Shown one piece after another: positions 1 to 9,644 of a DNA stretch of 64,000 nucleotides. Each line of letters begins with the position of its first letter. Within the stretch, counting starts at the first letter, position 1. Under the pieces are notes generated by a model. The model ran no database searches and was not told where the DNA came from. It was given only the letters and a program-made list of their open reading frames with translations. Source of the stretch: a virus (Duplodnaviria > Caudoviricetes); the IMG/VR virus record IMGVR_UViG_3300017914_000750, positions 29,737 to 93,736 of that record. One strand, 5' to 3'. The translations under genes and the position numbers were made by a program.

Positions 1-6
1 CTCTCA

Positions 7-2394
7 TTATGCTATCTCCTTAATAAATTCATTAGTCAAAAATCTAGAAGTCGTTTTAGACTTTTGGTTCTTTTTGAAAGCTGACATGATTCTTGATTTC
101 TTTGCATCAACCAATTCGTCATCAAGTTCATCACTTCCTTCAACTCCAATCTTTGAAGCAGCTGCAACAAACAATTTGTTGTATCCGTGAGCTTCAATGA
201 CACAACCACCGTTTCTTGCGTCCTTCCAGTTTTGGTCATACCATGTAGTGTTGTAGTATGAGTCATCGACAAGTTGGAACAACTGAGTTGCATCTGCTTT
301 CTTACTGCAGATAAAGTATCCAGTGATTGTAGTATTTGTTTCTTTACCTAACCAGTGTAGAAGGTTCTGAGTAACTTTGAAATCCATACTACCCCAGTCA
401 CTACTAGTTTCTTGTAGAGGGTAAACTTTTCTAGAGTAAGGGTCAATCATTTCTCTAATTCTTTTGACTCTCCAGCCGTCTGAATCACCCAGCTGTTCCT
501 TCTCTGCTTCTCTCTCGTCATTGTCTTTCTTCAAGCACTCAGCACTATGTGAGTATCCATCAGTGATTACTGTTAGGATTGATTTCTCAATTGAATACTT
601 CTTAATGAAATCTCTCAAGTGAGTTCTCATTCCAACAATACTTGCATCAAGTGGTGTTCCACCCAAGTTGTATCTGTTTGGAATCACATCACTAGGAACT
701 GAAGTCCAGCCGTCCTCTTTGTAGATTGGGTCTTGACAACCTTTGAACCAGTCGTCATATCTTTGAACTTTCTTTTCCCAACCTCTTCCCCAAGTGTTTA
801 GGTATTGAGTATAGAAGTGGTTGTAGAAAGCACAAACATTGACTAACATTGCTTTGTAATCTTTTGAACTCATCTCGTTAGAGAAAATCTCAATCATTTT
901 ACTAGTATCAGAATCCCAGTCATAATCGTTTCTAGCTGTGATTCTATCTGAGAACAAGTAAACTCTATGTGGAATGTTTACTTTTCTGCAGAACATTGTA
1001 AGAATGATTGTTTGTTCTAGAATGTCTTGAACCTCATTACAGATTGAACCACTCCAGTCAACAAGAATGTTGACACCATGATTCTGTCCGTCAGGCATAA
1101 GAGTTGTTCTTTTGAAAACATCGTCAACAATCTGATACTTTGCAAGTCTGTTCATATCAAGTTTACCAGTCTTACCAGTAAATGCATGGACAGCTCTTTG
1201 TGCAGTTTGTCTCATTTCAAATTCTTTTGCCATGTGCATGACAATTGATTTGTTTTTTCTTTCAAGTTTTCTTGCAGTATGTCTTGCTCTGTTTACAGTA
1301 GATACTTTGTAGTCATTGTCATATGAATCTTCTTCAGTATTGTTGTAATACTTGTCCATATCTTTCATGACATCTTTGTAAGAGTAAACCATGTCTTTGA
1401 AGTAACCATTCTTTTTGAACTTCTTAGTTAGGTCAATCTGATACTTAATGAAGTTCTCATCTGAAATGAATTGTTCTTCATTGTTATGTGCATTGTGTTC
1501 AGTGATTGATTCTCTTGCACCGTCTTCGTCATCGAACTGGTCGGGAGTAGCACCACCACCTTTACCAGCAACAGAACCAGTAGGTTTGTTATCGTCTGCT
1601 TCTTCTTCAGTTTCTTCTTCACCAGTTGACTTAGCTTCCTCTTCACCGTCTTCTTCAGACTCTACCTCGGGAAGTGAATCTTCTTCTTGTTCTTCTTCGT
1701 TGTCTTCGTAAGACTCACCCCAAGACTCATCTGAATCTTCGAAGTCTTCGTCTTCGTCCTCGTCTTCTTCTTCGTCACCAACATCAAACATTTGAGGAAC
1801 TAACTGCTCGTCAACCTCAGTTCTTGTTTCGTTTTCTTTTGACCACTCATAGATTGCAGTTGCACATTCTTCAACCTCTTCCCAAGTCTCACACTTCATT
1901 GCCCAGTCAAGGAAGAATTGTTCTTCTTTAGTAAGAGTAATAGAAACTCTAGAACCACATTTAGTAATCAAGTTGATTTTGTCAATCAATGAACATTCTT
2001 TAGTAAGGTCTCTACCTTTGACACCAAAGAAATCCATATCCATAAGTTCATTGTATGCAGTGTAGAAAGATTTTCTAAGGCCTGGATATTTGTTCTTGAT
2101 AATTCTCTCAATCCTTACATCTTCTACAACATTAAGATATCCTTTTAGAGTTCTGTTTTTAGTCACTGCAGAATGCACACCTTCATATGGTGTATGCAAT
2201 GCATGAGAAACCTCATGACCCATAAACAAGTCATAAAGTTCGGGGGAAATGTCGTCCTTAAGAATAGGGCAACATAGTAATCTATTCTTCAAATCGAAGT
2301 ATGCAGTAGGAACCTTTCTATGAACAACAGTAAGATTCTCTGTTGCCATTAGTTTTGCAAGGTTGTCTTTTTGGTTTGTTAATCTCTCATTCAT
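7..2394 (-). CDS. CobT-like protein: N-terminal HExxH metallopeptidase-like domain, acidic linker, C-terminal vWA domain
   Basis: GHEVSH motif; long D/E-rich linker; MIDAS elements VDWSGS, GGTPL and ITDG. This architecture is common in marine T4-like phages next to a CobS/MoxR AAA ATPase. Confidence 0.75.
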   Translation of the reverse strand: MNERLTNQKDNLAKLMATENLTVVHRKVPTAYFDLKNRLLCCPILKDDISPELYDLFMGHEVSHALHTPYEGVHSAVTKNRTLKGYLNVVEDVRIERIIKNKYPGLRKSFYTAYNELMDMDFFGVKGRDLTKECSLIDKINLITKCGSRVSITLTKEEQFFLDWAMKCETWEEVEECATAIYEWSKENETRTEVDEQLVPQMFDVGDEEEDEDEDEDFEDSDESWGESYEDNEEEQEEDSLPEVESEEDGEEEAKSTGEEETEEEADDNKPTGSVAGKGGGATPDQFDDEDGARESITEHNAHNNEEQFISDENFIKYQIDLTKKFKKNGYFKDMVYSYKDVMKDMDKYYNNTEEDSYDNDYKVSTVNRARHTARKLERKNKSIVMHMAKEFEMRQTAQRAVHAFTGKTGKLDMNRLAKYQIVDDVFKRTTLMPDGQNHGVNILVDWSGSICNEVQDILEQTIILTMFCRKVNIPHRVYLFSDRITARNDYDWDSDTSKMIEIFSNEMSSKDYKAMLVNVCAFYNHFYTQYLNTWGRGWEKKVQRYDDWFKGCQDPIYKEDGWTSVPSDVIPNRYNLGGTPLDASIVGMRTHLRDFIKKYSIEKSILTVITDGYSHSAECLKKDNDEREAEKEQLGDSDGWRVKRIREMIDPYSRKVYPLQETSSDWGSMDFKVTQNLLHWLGKETNTTITGYFICSKKADATQLFQLVDDSYYNTTWYDQNWKDARNGGCVIEAHGYNKLFVAAASKIGVEGSDELDDELVDAKKSRIMSAFKKNQKSKTTSRFLTNEFIKEIA

Positions 2395-2400
2395 AAGTAT

Positions 2401-2435
2401 ATGCTAACAGAAAGCTGGGGTCATTGTCAAGGCTT
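2401..2435 (-). promoter_or_regulatory. sigma70-like promoter, copy 1 of a conserved 35-nt motif
   Basis: AAGCC-TTGACA-ATGACCCCAGCTTTCTGT-TAGCAT, then 6 nt and the ATG of 7..2394. Confidence 0.6.
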
Positions 2436-2437
2436 GA

Positions 2438-2653
2438 TTAGCCGTGTATTGACGGGGCTTGTAGAGCATCGTCAAACATTAATTTAATTAAAACATCAAT
2501 ATGGTCGTCATCGTCTTTAGAATAAACGACTTTTTCTTGACCGTAATCAGAAGCGATTTTATCGATTACACCCCATACACCTTTATCGGCATAGAGGTCA
2601 TATACATCATTTGCAATATTGTCTGCAATGATATCATTTGAAATGTGACTCAT
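2438..2653 (-). CDS. hypothetical protein (likely start MSHISNDII)
   Basis: AGGAGG Shine-Dalgarno precedes the ATG at 2653; the ORF-track start at 2686 lies inside the promoter -10 box. Confidence 0.65.
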   Translation of the reverse strand: MSHISNDIIADNIANDVYDLYADKGVWGVIDKIASDYGQEKVVYSKDDDDHIDVLIKLMFDDALQAPSIHG

Positions 2654-2681
2654 AATTCCTCCTTTTTCACAATATAGTATC

Positions 2682-2716
2682 ATCATACTATAAAGCGGGA
2701 GGCATAGTCAAGGCTT
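2682..2716 (-). promoter_or_regulatory. sigma70-like promoter, copy 2 of a conserved 35-nt motif
   Basis: AAGCC-TTGACT-ATGCCTCCCGCTTTATAG-TATGAT; aligns without gaps to 2401-2435. Confidence 0.6.
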
Positions 2717-3515
2717 ACTTTTTAGTAATTTTTAAGAGGTGTTGTCTCCATTCGTGTTTACTTCTATGCGTTGCATGATAATTATTACGAATGACATCAT
2801 AGGTGGGAGTTATCAATTCTTTTTTGACTGAGTATTCGTTGTGGTCTAAATTTTCTATTGGTCGTTGTGTTGCAGATTTGTTTATATCGTTGGTGAACCA
2901 AAATGATAATGTATGTCTTGAACACCTTCTCACTGGAAACACTCCATGTTGGTGATAGATACCTTGAAATAATAATGCATCTCCTGTTACCCTTTCTCTA
3001 AACATAGGATTACCAGCAGATTGCCAACCCATAGGATAATAATCAGTTGGTGGGAAATATGTTTCTCCACCCCCGTGGTCGTCATTTAGGTATACTATAC
3101 AAGTCCATTCTCTAGAAGAACCTCTCAATCCTTTTTCAATCTTAACATCGTAATCGGGGTCTTCGTCTTTTTCTGTATCTGAATAAGTATCGAGGTGTGG
3201 TGTTTGAACTCCACCAACAGGCCACTCGTTGATTGCAGACATTTCAGTATAATATACTGTATCTGTTGCTTTATAAATTTCGGATATGCAATGATTTTCT
3301 ACTTTTTGAAATAATTTACGAATACTTTCATTTAGGATATTCATTCTACGAATACCCCAGTAGTCTGACCCGTCTCCTAATCTACGCAGATGCTTGTGAC
3401 TTTGGTGCCACCGAATCAGTGTCTTGCACTCCTCCTTCGTCAGAACTGGAATCAGTTTGTGATTCCACACTTTGTTGTTCTTGGAGGTATCTAGCAATTG
3501 CCATTCTTCTTTCAT
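2715..3515 (-). CDS. 2OG-Fe(II) oxygenase, prolyl-4-hydroxylase-like
   Basis: HxD (PHLD), IVYLNDDHGGGETYF, distal His (HGVFPV) and Arg (RHTLSFW). Confidence 0.85.
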   Translation of the reverse strand: MKEEWQLLDTSKNNKVWNHKLIPVLTKEECKTLIRWHQSHKHLRRLGDGSDYWGIRRMNILNESIRKLFQKVENHCISEIYKATDTVYYTEMSAINEWPVGGVQTPHLDTYSDTEKDEDPDYDVKIEKGLRGSSREWTCIVYLNDDHGGGETYFPPTDYYPMGWQSAGNPMFRERVTGDALLFQGIYHQHGVFPVRRCSRHTLSFWFTNDINKSATQRPIENLDHNEYSVKKELITPTYDVIRNNYHATHRSKHEWRQHLLKITKK

Positions 3516-4017
3516 AATCTAATCTCTTTTTCATTTCTTTTGGTCTAGCTTTTAATGCTCTTTCAATCTTAAGTCTAGACGCTCTTTGAAGAAATATAAT
3601 TCCGTTTAGGTGGTCAATCTCATGTTGGACACACCTAGAACCAATACCGTCTAATTGTAATGTCTTTCTTTCTCCTTCTGCATCAGTGTAATCAAATTCT
3701 ATCACCTTTGCTCTTTTTATCATTAAGTATATATCGGGAAAAGAAAGGCACCCTTCTTTCATCATTTCAGTCTCTTTTGATAGTTTTGTAATCTCGGGAT
3801 TAAAGAATGCTTTGGTTCCACTATCTGCAGTCTTCATTACAAAAACTCTGTAATCTAATCCTAACTGATTTGCAGATAATCCTATACCACCAAACCTATC
3901 CATTGCCTCTGCAAGGTTCTTTTCTATTTGTATAGGGTCTTCGGGTGGATTTTCAAAGTCAAACTCTGAAGTTGGATTTCTTAATACTTTACTTGCTTCT
4001 TCTACTAACTCATACAT
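3382..4017 (-). CDS. def: peptide deformylase
   Basis: All three PDF motifs: GIGLSANQ, EGCLS, QHEIDHLNG. Confidence 0.95.
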   Translation of the reverse strand: MYELVEEASKVLRNPTSEFDFENPPEDPIQIEKNLAEAMDRFGGIGLSANQLGLDYRVFVMKTADSGTKAFFNPEITKLSKETEMMKEGCLSFPDIYLMIKRAKVIEFDYTDAEGERKTLQLDGIGSRCVQHEIDHLNGIIFLQRASRLKIERALKARPKEMKKRLDYERRMAIARYLQEQQSVESQTDSSSDEGGVQDTDSVAPKSQASA

Positions 4018-5486
4018 TACAAACTCACCTCAACTGGAATATTTTTTACATCTGATATTTCAACACCAAAGAAAGCCATGACTGCTTCAAACATTCTTTT
4101 ACCCATGTTTACAATCTTACTTAATGCTTTCTTTATATTTTTCATTACATTTTGAATGACCTTTTGGAATTTCTTCCATGTTTGTTGACCTATAGATTTT
4201 GCCCAATTACCTGCTCTCTTAATCATATCAAAGGCACCTTCTTCTAAGAAGTCTTCGGTTAATAGGGTTTCATATCCGTCTAGTGTTTGTAATTCGTTTA
4301 GAACCATGTCTTTCATTGTGTCTATACCATAGTTCTCTTTGAGTCCTATTCTCATTGTAGAGTATGCTGGAGAGTCTCCACCACCTTTTTTGAATGCAAT
4401 GTAAGGGTTTATCTTACTTGCATAGTCTTTGATTATTTTATCATTGATAGAAGTGATAGGTTCTACTACAACCTTTTGACTACCAATATCAAATTTACCT
4501 AATAAATTTGCAGCTGCTGGGCCTTCACTAAATTTTACATTACCCGTTGAAGCTTCAAGGACAACATTCAGTGAGAATAGTTCATTTACTTTTGAATTAT
4601 TATTTAGGTATGAAGATAAAACTTCTGATAGTTCTCTATTATCTTTATCTTTCTTTTGGAAATCTAAAATTGCTTCGTCTGATTCACCGTCTTTAACTCT
4701 CTTATTAAGAGAAGTAACAGTTTCAGTTGTAATCAACTTATCCATTTTCTCTTCCATTTGAGATATCAAACCCTTTGCAAAGTTTTTGTTTTCACCCATT
4801 TTAGAAAGTGCAGCTCTTACCGTTGCAATAGATTCTCCTTTTGCACCCGACATTAATTGTGAACCACCAGCTTTCTTAAGTGAAATCTTTTCTTTAAATT
4901 TAGAACCAGCAATATCTGTTTTAGGTGTAGTATTACTTGCACCACTATCTTTATAAATTTTTGATATTGCATTTGGAATACCACCTTTACCAGTGGATAC
5001 TAATTCATTCTCTCTTAGTTTCTTATTAAAGTTTTCTGCAATACCTTTTGCAATATCTAGATATAATGGAAATGATTCTGCAGTCTTTACAACATCTGAA
5101 TCTGTTTTTGCACCATTTAATTTGTTGTATTCATATATGATAAGTTCTTCCCATTGAGCTCCACTTGGTTTACCACCACCTTCTTTTACATGATTGAAGT
5201 ATGCAGATTTATATCCTGCTGAACCTTTGACATAGAATGTCTTACCGTTTGACTCTAGATATTTTTCGTTTGTTCCTTCTTCGTCACCAATGAAAATGAA
5301 TTTTTTAGTAGGAACTACTGCAGTAAATATATCACCGTGTTTGAATCCTTCTTTATCCATTTCTTTAATTCCACCTTTATACATAAACTTATGACCAATA
5401 ACATAGTCGGGTTTAAGTATAGAAGCCTCTGCAAGGTTTAATTTAATATCCTTGGTTGGGTCTTGGAATTGTGAAAAAGTTTTCAT
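4017..5486 (-). CDS. putative internal head protein with a PD-(D/E)xK-like domain
   Basis: N-terminal MKTFSQF resembles the T4 capsid-targeting sequence; LAE is a possible gp21 site; late promoter upstream; WEE...KTDI...ISLKK pattern. Confidence 0.5.
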   Translation of the reverse strand: MKTFSQFQDPTKDIKLNLAEASILKPDYVIGHKFMYKGGIKEMDKEGFKHGDIFTAVVPTKKFIFIGDEEGTNEKYLESNGKTFYVKGSAGYKSAYFNHVKEGGGKPSGAQWEELIIYEYNKLNGAKTDSDVVKTAESFPLYLDIAKGIAENFNKKLRENELVSTGKGGIPNAISKIYKDSGASNTTPKTDIAGSKFKEKISLKKAGGSQLMSGAKGESIATVRAALSKMGENKNFAKGLISQMEEKMDKLITTETVTSLNKRVKDGESDEAILDFQKKDKDNRELSEVLSSYLNNNSKVNELFSLNVVLEASTGNVKFSEGPAAANLLGKFDIGSQKVVVEPITSINDKIIKDYASKINPYIAFKKGGGDSPAYSTMRIGLKENYGIDTMKDMVLNELQTLDGYETLLTEDFLEEGAFDMIKRAGNWAKSIGQQTWKKFQKVIQNVMKNIKKALSKIVNMGKRMFEAVMAFFGVEISDVKNIPVEVSL

Positions 5487-5498
5487 AATACTATTTAT

Positions 5499-7214
5499 CT
5501 ATTCTGCGATACGACTGAAGTTTTTATATTTTTCAAATCGTATTACATTCTCAAATTTGTCATATAAGATATCACCTTTGTGAGATATAACGAATGCATT
5601 TGTATTTTCTGTAAGTGTGTTCAACATTTTCATGAACTCGTCTGTTCCAGCAGCGTCCAATGAAGAATCAAATACTTCGTCTAAAATCAATAGATTAGTG
5701 TTCACTGAGTTCTTCATTCTTGCAACTGCTCTCCATGTGAATAGTAGTGCAAGGTCAATTCTCATTTTCTCACCTTGAGAGAAGTTCTCATATTTGAATA
5801 CATCTCTAAATCTAGATTTGATTGTTTCGTCAAACGATTCGTCCAGTTCAAATCCTACATAAAATTCTAATTGTGCAAGATACTTATTAATAAGCTTATT
5901 CATAATAGGAACATACTGTTTAATAATCTTTTCTTTTACACCTTGGTCTCTTAATAGAAGAGTTGCAATTTCTAGATAATGACCATGTTCAGATAAGAAC
6001 TCCTTCTTTCCTTGAAGGATATCTAAATCGTCTTCTGCCTTTGTTACCTCGTCATGTGTATCAGAATTACCTTCTACTTCTTGTTTAAGGTCTTCAATCT
6101 CACCTTGTAGTTTGTTAACATATTTTTGATTAGATACAATTTCAGTTTGTAATAAACCAACCTCTCTTTGTATCTCGTCTATTTCTGCTTGGACATCGTT
6201 GATTCGTTGGATTTCGTCATTGAGTTCTTGGACTTGTTTGTCAAGAGTTGACACCGCCTCCTTGATTTCTGAGACCTTATCCTGCTTTTCCTTAATGCAT
6301 TTCTCTTTGTGTTCACCAGTTAAATCCTGTTTACATGTGGGACAGTTGTCGTGGTTTTCGTAGAATTCAATATCTGCAATTGCTTTCTTTCTAGCTGTTG
6401 CGAGTGATTTCTCCACTTCAATCGTTTGTTGCAATCTAGTTTCCGTAGTATTTTTATCCGAGATACTGGATTTTTTCTCCACCACATTTTGCGTCTTTTC
6501 ATCAACTTCTCCTAATAGTTTGGTAATATTACCTTGGGTTTGCTCTATCGTTGATTCGAATTTAGAGATTTTTTCTTCTCTATTTTCACGGAGTGCATTA
6601 AGTTGACTATTCAAACCATTGATTCTTTCTTCAAGAATTGCAATTTCATGTTGATTCTCTTTTGTATCTAATGCATGATTAGATTTTCTTTTCCTCAACA
6701 ATTGCATCATAGTTGTAAATATGGTTATATCCAAAAGGTCTTCTACTAACTTTCTTCTATCTTTTGCTCTTAACTGCATGAAAGGAGTAAAGTTTGCAGA
6801 ACCTAGGATTGCCACTTGAGTAAAAGAACGATAACTCATTTTGAGTATGTTCGATTCTAAGTGGTCTTGATAGTCACGGACACTGGCGTCTTGGTTAACC
6901 ATAATACCATTACACCATAGTTCAAACTTATTAGGTTTGGTTCCACGAACTACTTTGTATTCTTTTTTACCGATTGTGAAATCTAATTCAACTAGTAAAT
7001 CTTTTTGATTGATTGAGTTTACGAGAAGGTCTTTCTTTAGATTACGAAAGCCTTTTCCATACAATGCATAACATAATGCATCTAATAAAGTAGACTTACC
7101 AGCACCATTCTCTCCAAGGATTAATGTTGTTTGGTGGGTGTCTAGTTTTATTGTGGTAAATCTATTTCCCGAAGATAACAAATTTTTGTATCTTACTTCT
7201 GTAAATTTTATCAT
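5499..7214 (-). CDS. gp46: recombination endonuclease subunit (Rad50/SbcC-like)
   Basis: Walker A GENGAGKST, zinc hook CPTC, FSQGEK signature, LILDEVFD. Confidence 0.95.
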   Translation of the reverse strand: MIKFTEVRYKNLLSSGNRFTTIKLDTHQTTLILGENGAGKSTLLDALCYALYGKGFRNLKKDLLVNSINQKDLLVELDFTIGKKEYKVVRGTKPNKFELWCNGIMVNQDASVRDYQDHLESNILKMSYRSFTQVAILGSANFTPFMQLRAKDRRKLVEDLLDITIFTTMMQLLRKRKSNHALDTKENQHEIAILEERINGLNSQLNALRENREEKISKFESTIEQTQGNITKLLGEVDEKTQNVVEKKSSISDKNTTETRLQQTIEVEKSLATARKKAIADIEFYENHDNCPTCKQDLTGEHKEKCIKEKQDKVSEIKEAVSTLDKQVQELNDEIQRINDVQAEIDEIQREVGLLQTEIVSNQKYVNKLQGEIEDLKQEVEGNSDTHDEVTKAEDDLDILQGKKEFLSEHGHYLEIATLLLRDQGVKEKIIKQYVPIMNKLINKYLAQLEFYVGFELDESFDETIKSRFRDVFKYENFSQGEKMRIDLALLFTWRAVARMKNSVNTNLLILDEVFDSSLDAAGTDEFMKMLNTLTENTNAFVISHKGDILYDKFENVIRFEKYKNFSRIAE

Positions 7215-8278
7215 AAAAATGTATGTTCATCTAATGCTTCATTATACAATGAAGTCATTAAATCTGTAAGGTGCTTTTTCTTTCCTTGAATTTCCATTCC
7301 CTCAACATACTTGTTGAGTATTGTTAATGTATCTTCGACATTCTCTACATCAGCGTCGTCCATTAAATCCATATGTTTATGGTCATCAACTACATTTAAA
7401 TGCAATGGACTTGCATTATGAATCTTATCTAAGAATGAATCAAACCAATATGGATTGTCTTTATTGACTACGATTACTTTTGTAAATTTTCCAGTAACAT
7501 TACTATAGTCTTTATTACTAATGGTCTCAAAAGTTTCTTTTGTATCGTCATAGAATACTTTTTCAAATATAGTCAATGGATTTGGAACTGGTAACATTTC
7601 TCTAGTTTCTGTATCAAAGATATGGAAGTATTTGTTGTCTCCATAATCTGACCAAGTAAACTGCATTTGTGAACCAAGATAAACTATATTTGCAAACTCA
7701 GACCTTTGGTGGAAATGACCACTATAAACTTTTTCATATCGTTTTACATAAGAATGGTCTAGTCCGTGTTGACATGTCATGCCTGGCATCATTAAAGCTC
7801 CTTCGAACTCAAAATGACCCATACAGATAGGTGCATTTGCAGAAGTTAAGAACTCAACTGAATCTGCATAATTTTCTGAATTAATCCATGGAACTAATGC
7901 AATGTCGAGGCCGTCGAAATTTTTTACTTCGGGTTCTGTTATTACATTAATTGCTTCGTCACCAAACAACAACAACTCGGGTGAGTTTACATCATTAGTA
8001 TTCTTATAGTAAGTATCATGGTTACCTATAATTAAGTCCATGGTCATACCATTCTCTAATAATGGTTCAATGAAATGCTCTCTATTCAATTTGAGTGAAG
8101 AGAAGTTTACATATTTCCTACGGTCAAAGTAATCACCCAAGTGGAGAATATGTGTTATACCATTCTCTTTTAGATATGGGAAGAATACTTCGTTATAGAA
8201 TCGTCCTTGGTATTTTGCCATTTCAAGCATATCACCTCGGACACCTGCGTGTGTGTCGTTAAGTATTGCTATTTTCAT
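7211..8278 (-). CDS. gp47: recombination endonuclease subunit (Mre11/SbcD-like)
   Basis: Phosphoesterase motifs DTH, GDYFD, GNHD, GHFH; adjacent to gp46. Confidence 0.95.
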   Translation of the reverse strand: MKIAILNDTHAGVRGDMLEMAKYQGRFYNEVFFPYLKENGITHILHLGDYFDRRKYVNFSSLKLNREHFIEPLLENGMTMDLIIGNHDTYYKNTNDVNSPELLLFGDEAINVITEPEVKNFDGLDIALVPWINSENYADSVEFLTSANAPICMGHFEFEGALMMPGMTCQHGLDHSYVKRYEKVYSGHFHQRSEFANIVYLGSQMQFTWSDYGDNKYFHIFDTETREMLPVPNPLTIFEKVFYDDTKETFETISNKDYSNVTGKFTKVIVVNKDNPYWFDSFLDKIHNASPLHLNVVDDHKHMDLMDDADVENVEDTLTILNKYVEGMEIQGKKKHLTDLMTSLYNEALDEHTFL

Positions 8279-8826
8279 TCAGTAAATTTTTCTAGATTGG
8301 TTGCCTTTTTCACCTTTTTAGTTCTTTTTGATTTTCTCGGTTCATATTCAACCCGATTCATATTCTCTTGCATCCATTCTACATTTGTATTGGTAAGAGT
8401 TGGGTCGTGTTCACCGTCTATGGTTGTGTATGCGTCCATTGTAATATTAGCTTCCTCTATAGACTTCTGTTTAATGAAGACTTGTTTCTTCTCCTTTTGT
8501 ATTCTTCTGAGGAATGCATAATAGCATATCTGAGTAATATATGCAAACGCATTGTTTGATTTTTCTTGATTGAAGTTACCGATATATTGGATACAGTTTT
8601 CAATTGCATCACAAATCATTTCGTCTCGGTAAGTATAATTTATAAAGTTAGGACGAGTGGATAGTCGGGTTGCAATCTTATAGATACACTCACCGATATA
8701 TTCAGTCATTCTAGGTGGGACTTCTCCCTTTGATTCTGCAAGTTTACACGCTGTGTTAAACTCGGAGACTGCTGCTGTGAACTCTTTGTTATTTACATAG
8801 TGTTCATTTTGTTTTTTCGTAGTCAT
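8275..8826 (-). CDS. gp55: late transcription sigma factor
   Basis: HYVNNKEF, NFINYTYRDEMICDAIENC, AFAYITQICYYAFLRRIQKEKKQ; gp55-47-46 synteny. Confidence 0.95.
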   Translation of the reverse strand: MTTKKQNEHYVNNKEFTAAVSEFNTACKLAESKGEVPPRMTEYIGECIYKIATRLSTRPNFINYTYRDEMICDAIENCIQYIGNFNQEKSNNAFAYITQICYYAFLRRIQKEKKQVFIKQKSIEEANITMDAYTTIDGEHDPTLTNTNVEWMQENMNRVEYEPRKSKRTKKVKKATNLEKFTE

Positions 8827-8832
8827 GTATAC

Positions 8833-8861
8833 ATTATACCTGAAAAACCCTGTATTGTAAG
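8833..8861 (-). promoter_or_regulatory. sigma70-like promoter of gp55, probably leaderless
   Basis: CTTACA-17 nt-TATAAT, 6 nt, then ATG; overlaps the inverted repeat AAAAACCC...GGGTTTTT. Confidence 0.55.
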
Positions 8862-8955
8862 GGGGTTTTTAGTATTTATTTAATTTGATTTTTTTAGCAA
8901 AACCCTATAGACATATGGGAAATCTATGATAAAATGAATATGTTCCCGAGGGGAA

Positions 8956-9075
8956 TTAGCTATTAAGAGATATTTCTATTCTTCTTTCGATTGCACGGGA
9001 CATTCTATCCATATCTCCTACCGATATGTAGAACATACATAAGCTTATCATTCCACCCATTATATAGTGCTTCAT
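8956..9075 (-). CDS. small membrane protein, 39 aa (MKHYIMGGMISLCMFYISVGDMDRMSRAIERRIEISLNS)
   Basis: ATGA overlap with the upstream stop; hydrophobic N-terminus. Confidence 0.55.
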   Translation of the reverse strand: MKHYIMGGMISLCMFYISVGDMDRMSRAIERRIEISLNS

Positions 9076-9155
9076 ACGAGACTGAATAGGAGGACGATTC
9101 CTATCTCCCAAGGTATAAGTATTGCAGCGTAAATGAGATATTTGTTTATATTCAT
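9072..9155 (-). CDS. small membrane protein, 27 aa (MNINKYLIYAAILIPWEIGIVLLFSLV)
   Basis: Manually translated; ATGA overlaps at both ends; single TM-like segment. Confidence 0.55.
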   Translation of the reverse strand: MNINKYLIYAAILIPWEIGIVLLFSLV

Positions 9156-9421
9156 GAGAAGATACTCTGATTGAGGGCCATGACTGCAAACATGAGTCCT
9201 AACATAGTAACCTGAACTAATGTGGCAATTGCGACGATATTAAGTTGACGGTCTCCCCATGGTTTTAATTCTGTTTCATACCATTCTTCAGCTTCTTCGG
9301 GGGTTGCGTCTGCTGGTTTGTTTAGATTTAATGACAATTGAGTTTCATATCCTGACATTACATCTGCAGCGTCATCAACTGCAGAAGGTAAATCTCGTTT
9401 CCAAACTGGGTCATATTTCAT
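9152..9421 (-). CDS. small membrane protein, 89 aa (start MKYDPVW)
   Basis: ATGA-coupled start at 9421; C-terminal TM helix. Confidence 0.65.
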   Translation of the reverse strand: MKYDPVWKRDLPSAVDDAADVMSGYETQLSLNLNKPADATPEEAEEWYETELKPWGDRQLNIVAIATLVQVTMLGLMFAVMALNQSIFS

Positions 9422-9522
9422 AAGTATACACTTCCTATCATATATCCACAAAGGAAAAATGCAATTGACCAGCCTGGAAATTCTTTACAGAACTCGATTA
9501 TTCTTTCGAAGTATTCAATCAT
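9418..9522 (-). CDS. small membrane protein, 34 aa (MIEYFERIIEFCKEFPGWSIAFFLCGYMIGSVYL)
   Basis: Manually translated; ATGA overlaps at both ends. Confidence 0.55.
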   Translation of the reverse strand: MIEYFERIIEFCKEFPGWSIAFFLCGYMIGSVYL

Positions 9523-9620
9523 ATGGAAGGACTTACCCCCATAATTGAAAGCAAAAAGATAGAACAGAGCGTAAATAACTCTAAATGGTCTTTAAGTTGT
9601 TCTATCTTTTTTTGTGACAT
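9519..9620 (-). CDS. small membrane protein, 33 aa (MSQKKIEQLKDHLELFTLCSIFLLSIMGVSPSI)
   Basis: Manually translated; its stop overlaps the next ATG. Confidence 0.55.
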   Translation of the reverse strand: MSQKKIEQLKDHLELFTLCSIFLLSIMGVSPSI

Positions 9621-9644
9621 ATCTTTCTATATGCCACAACAATC

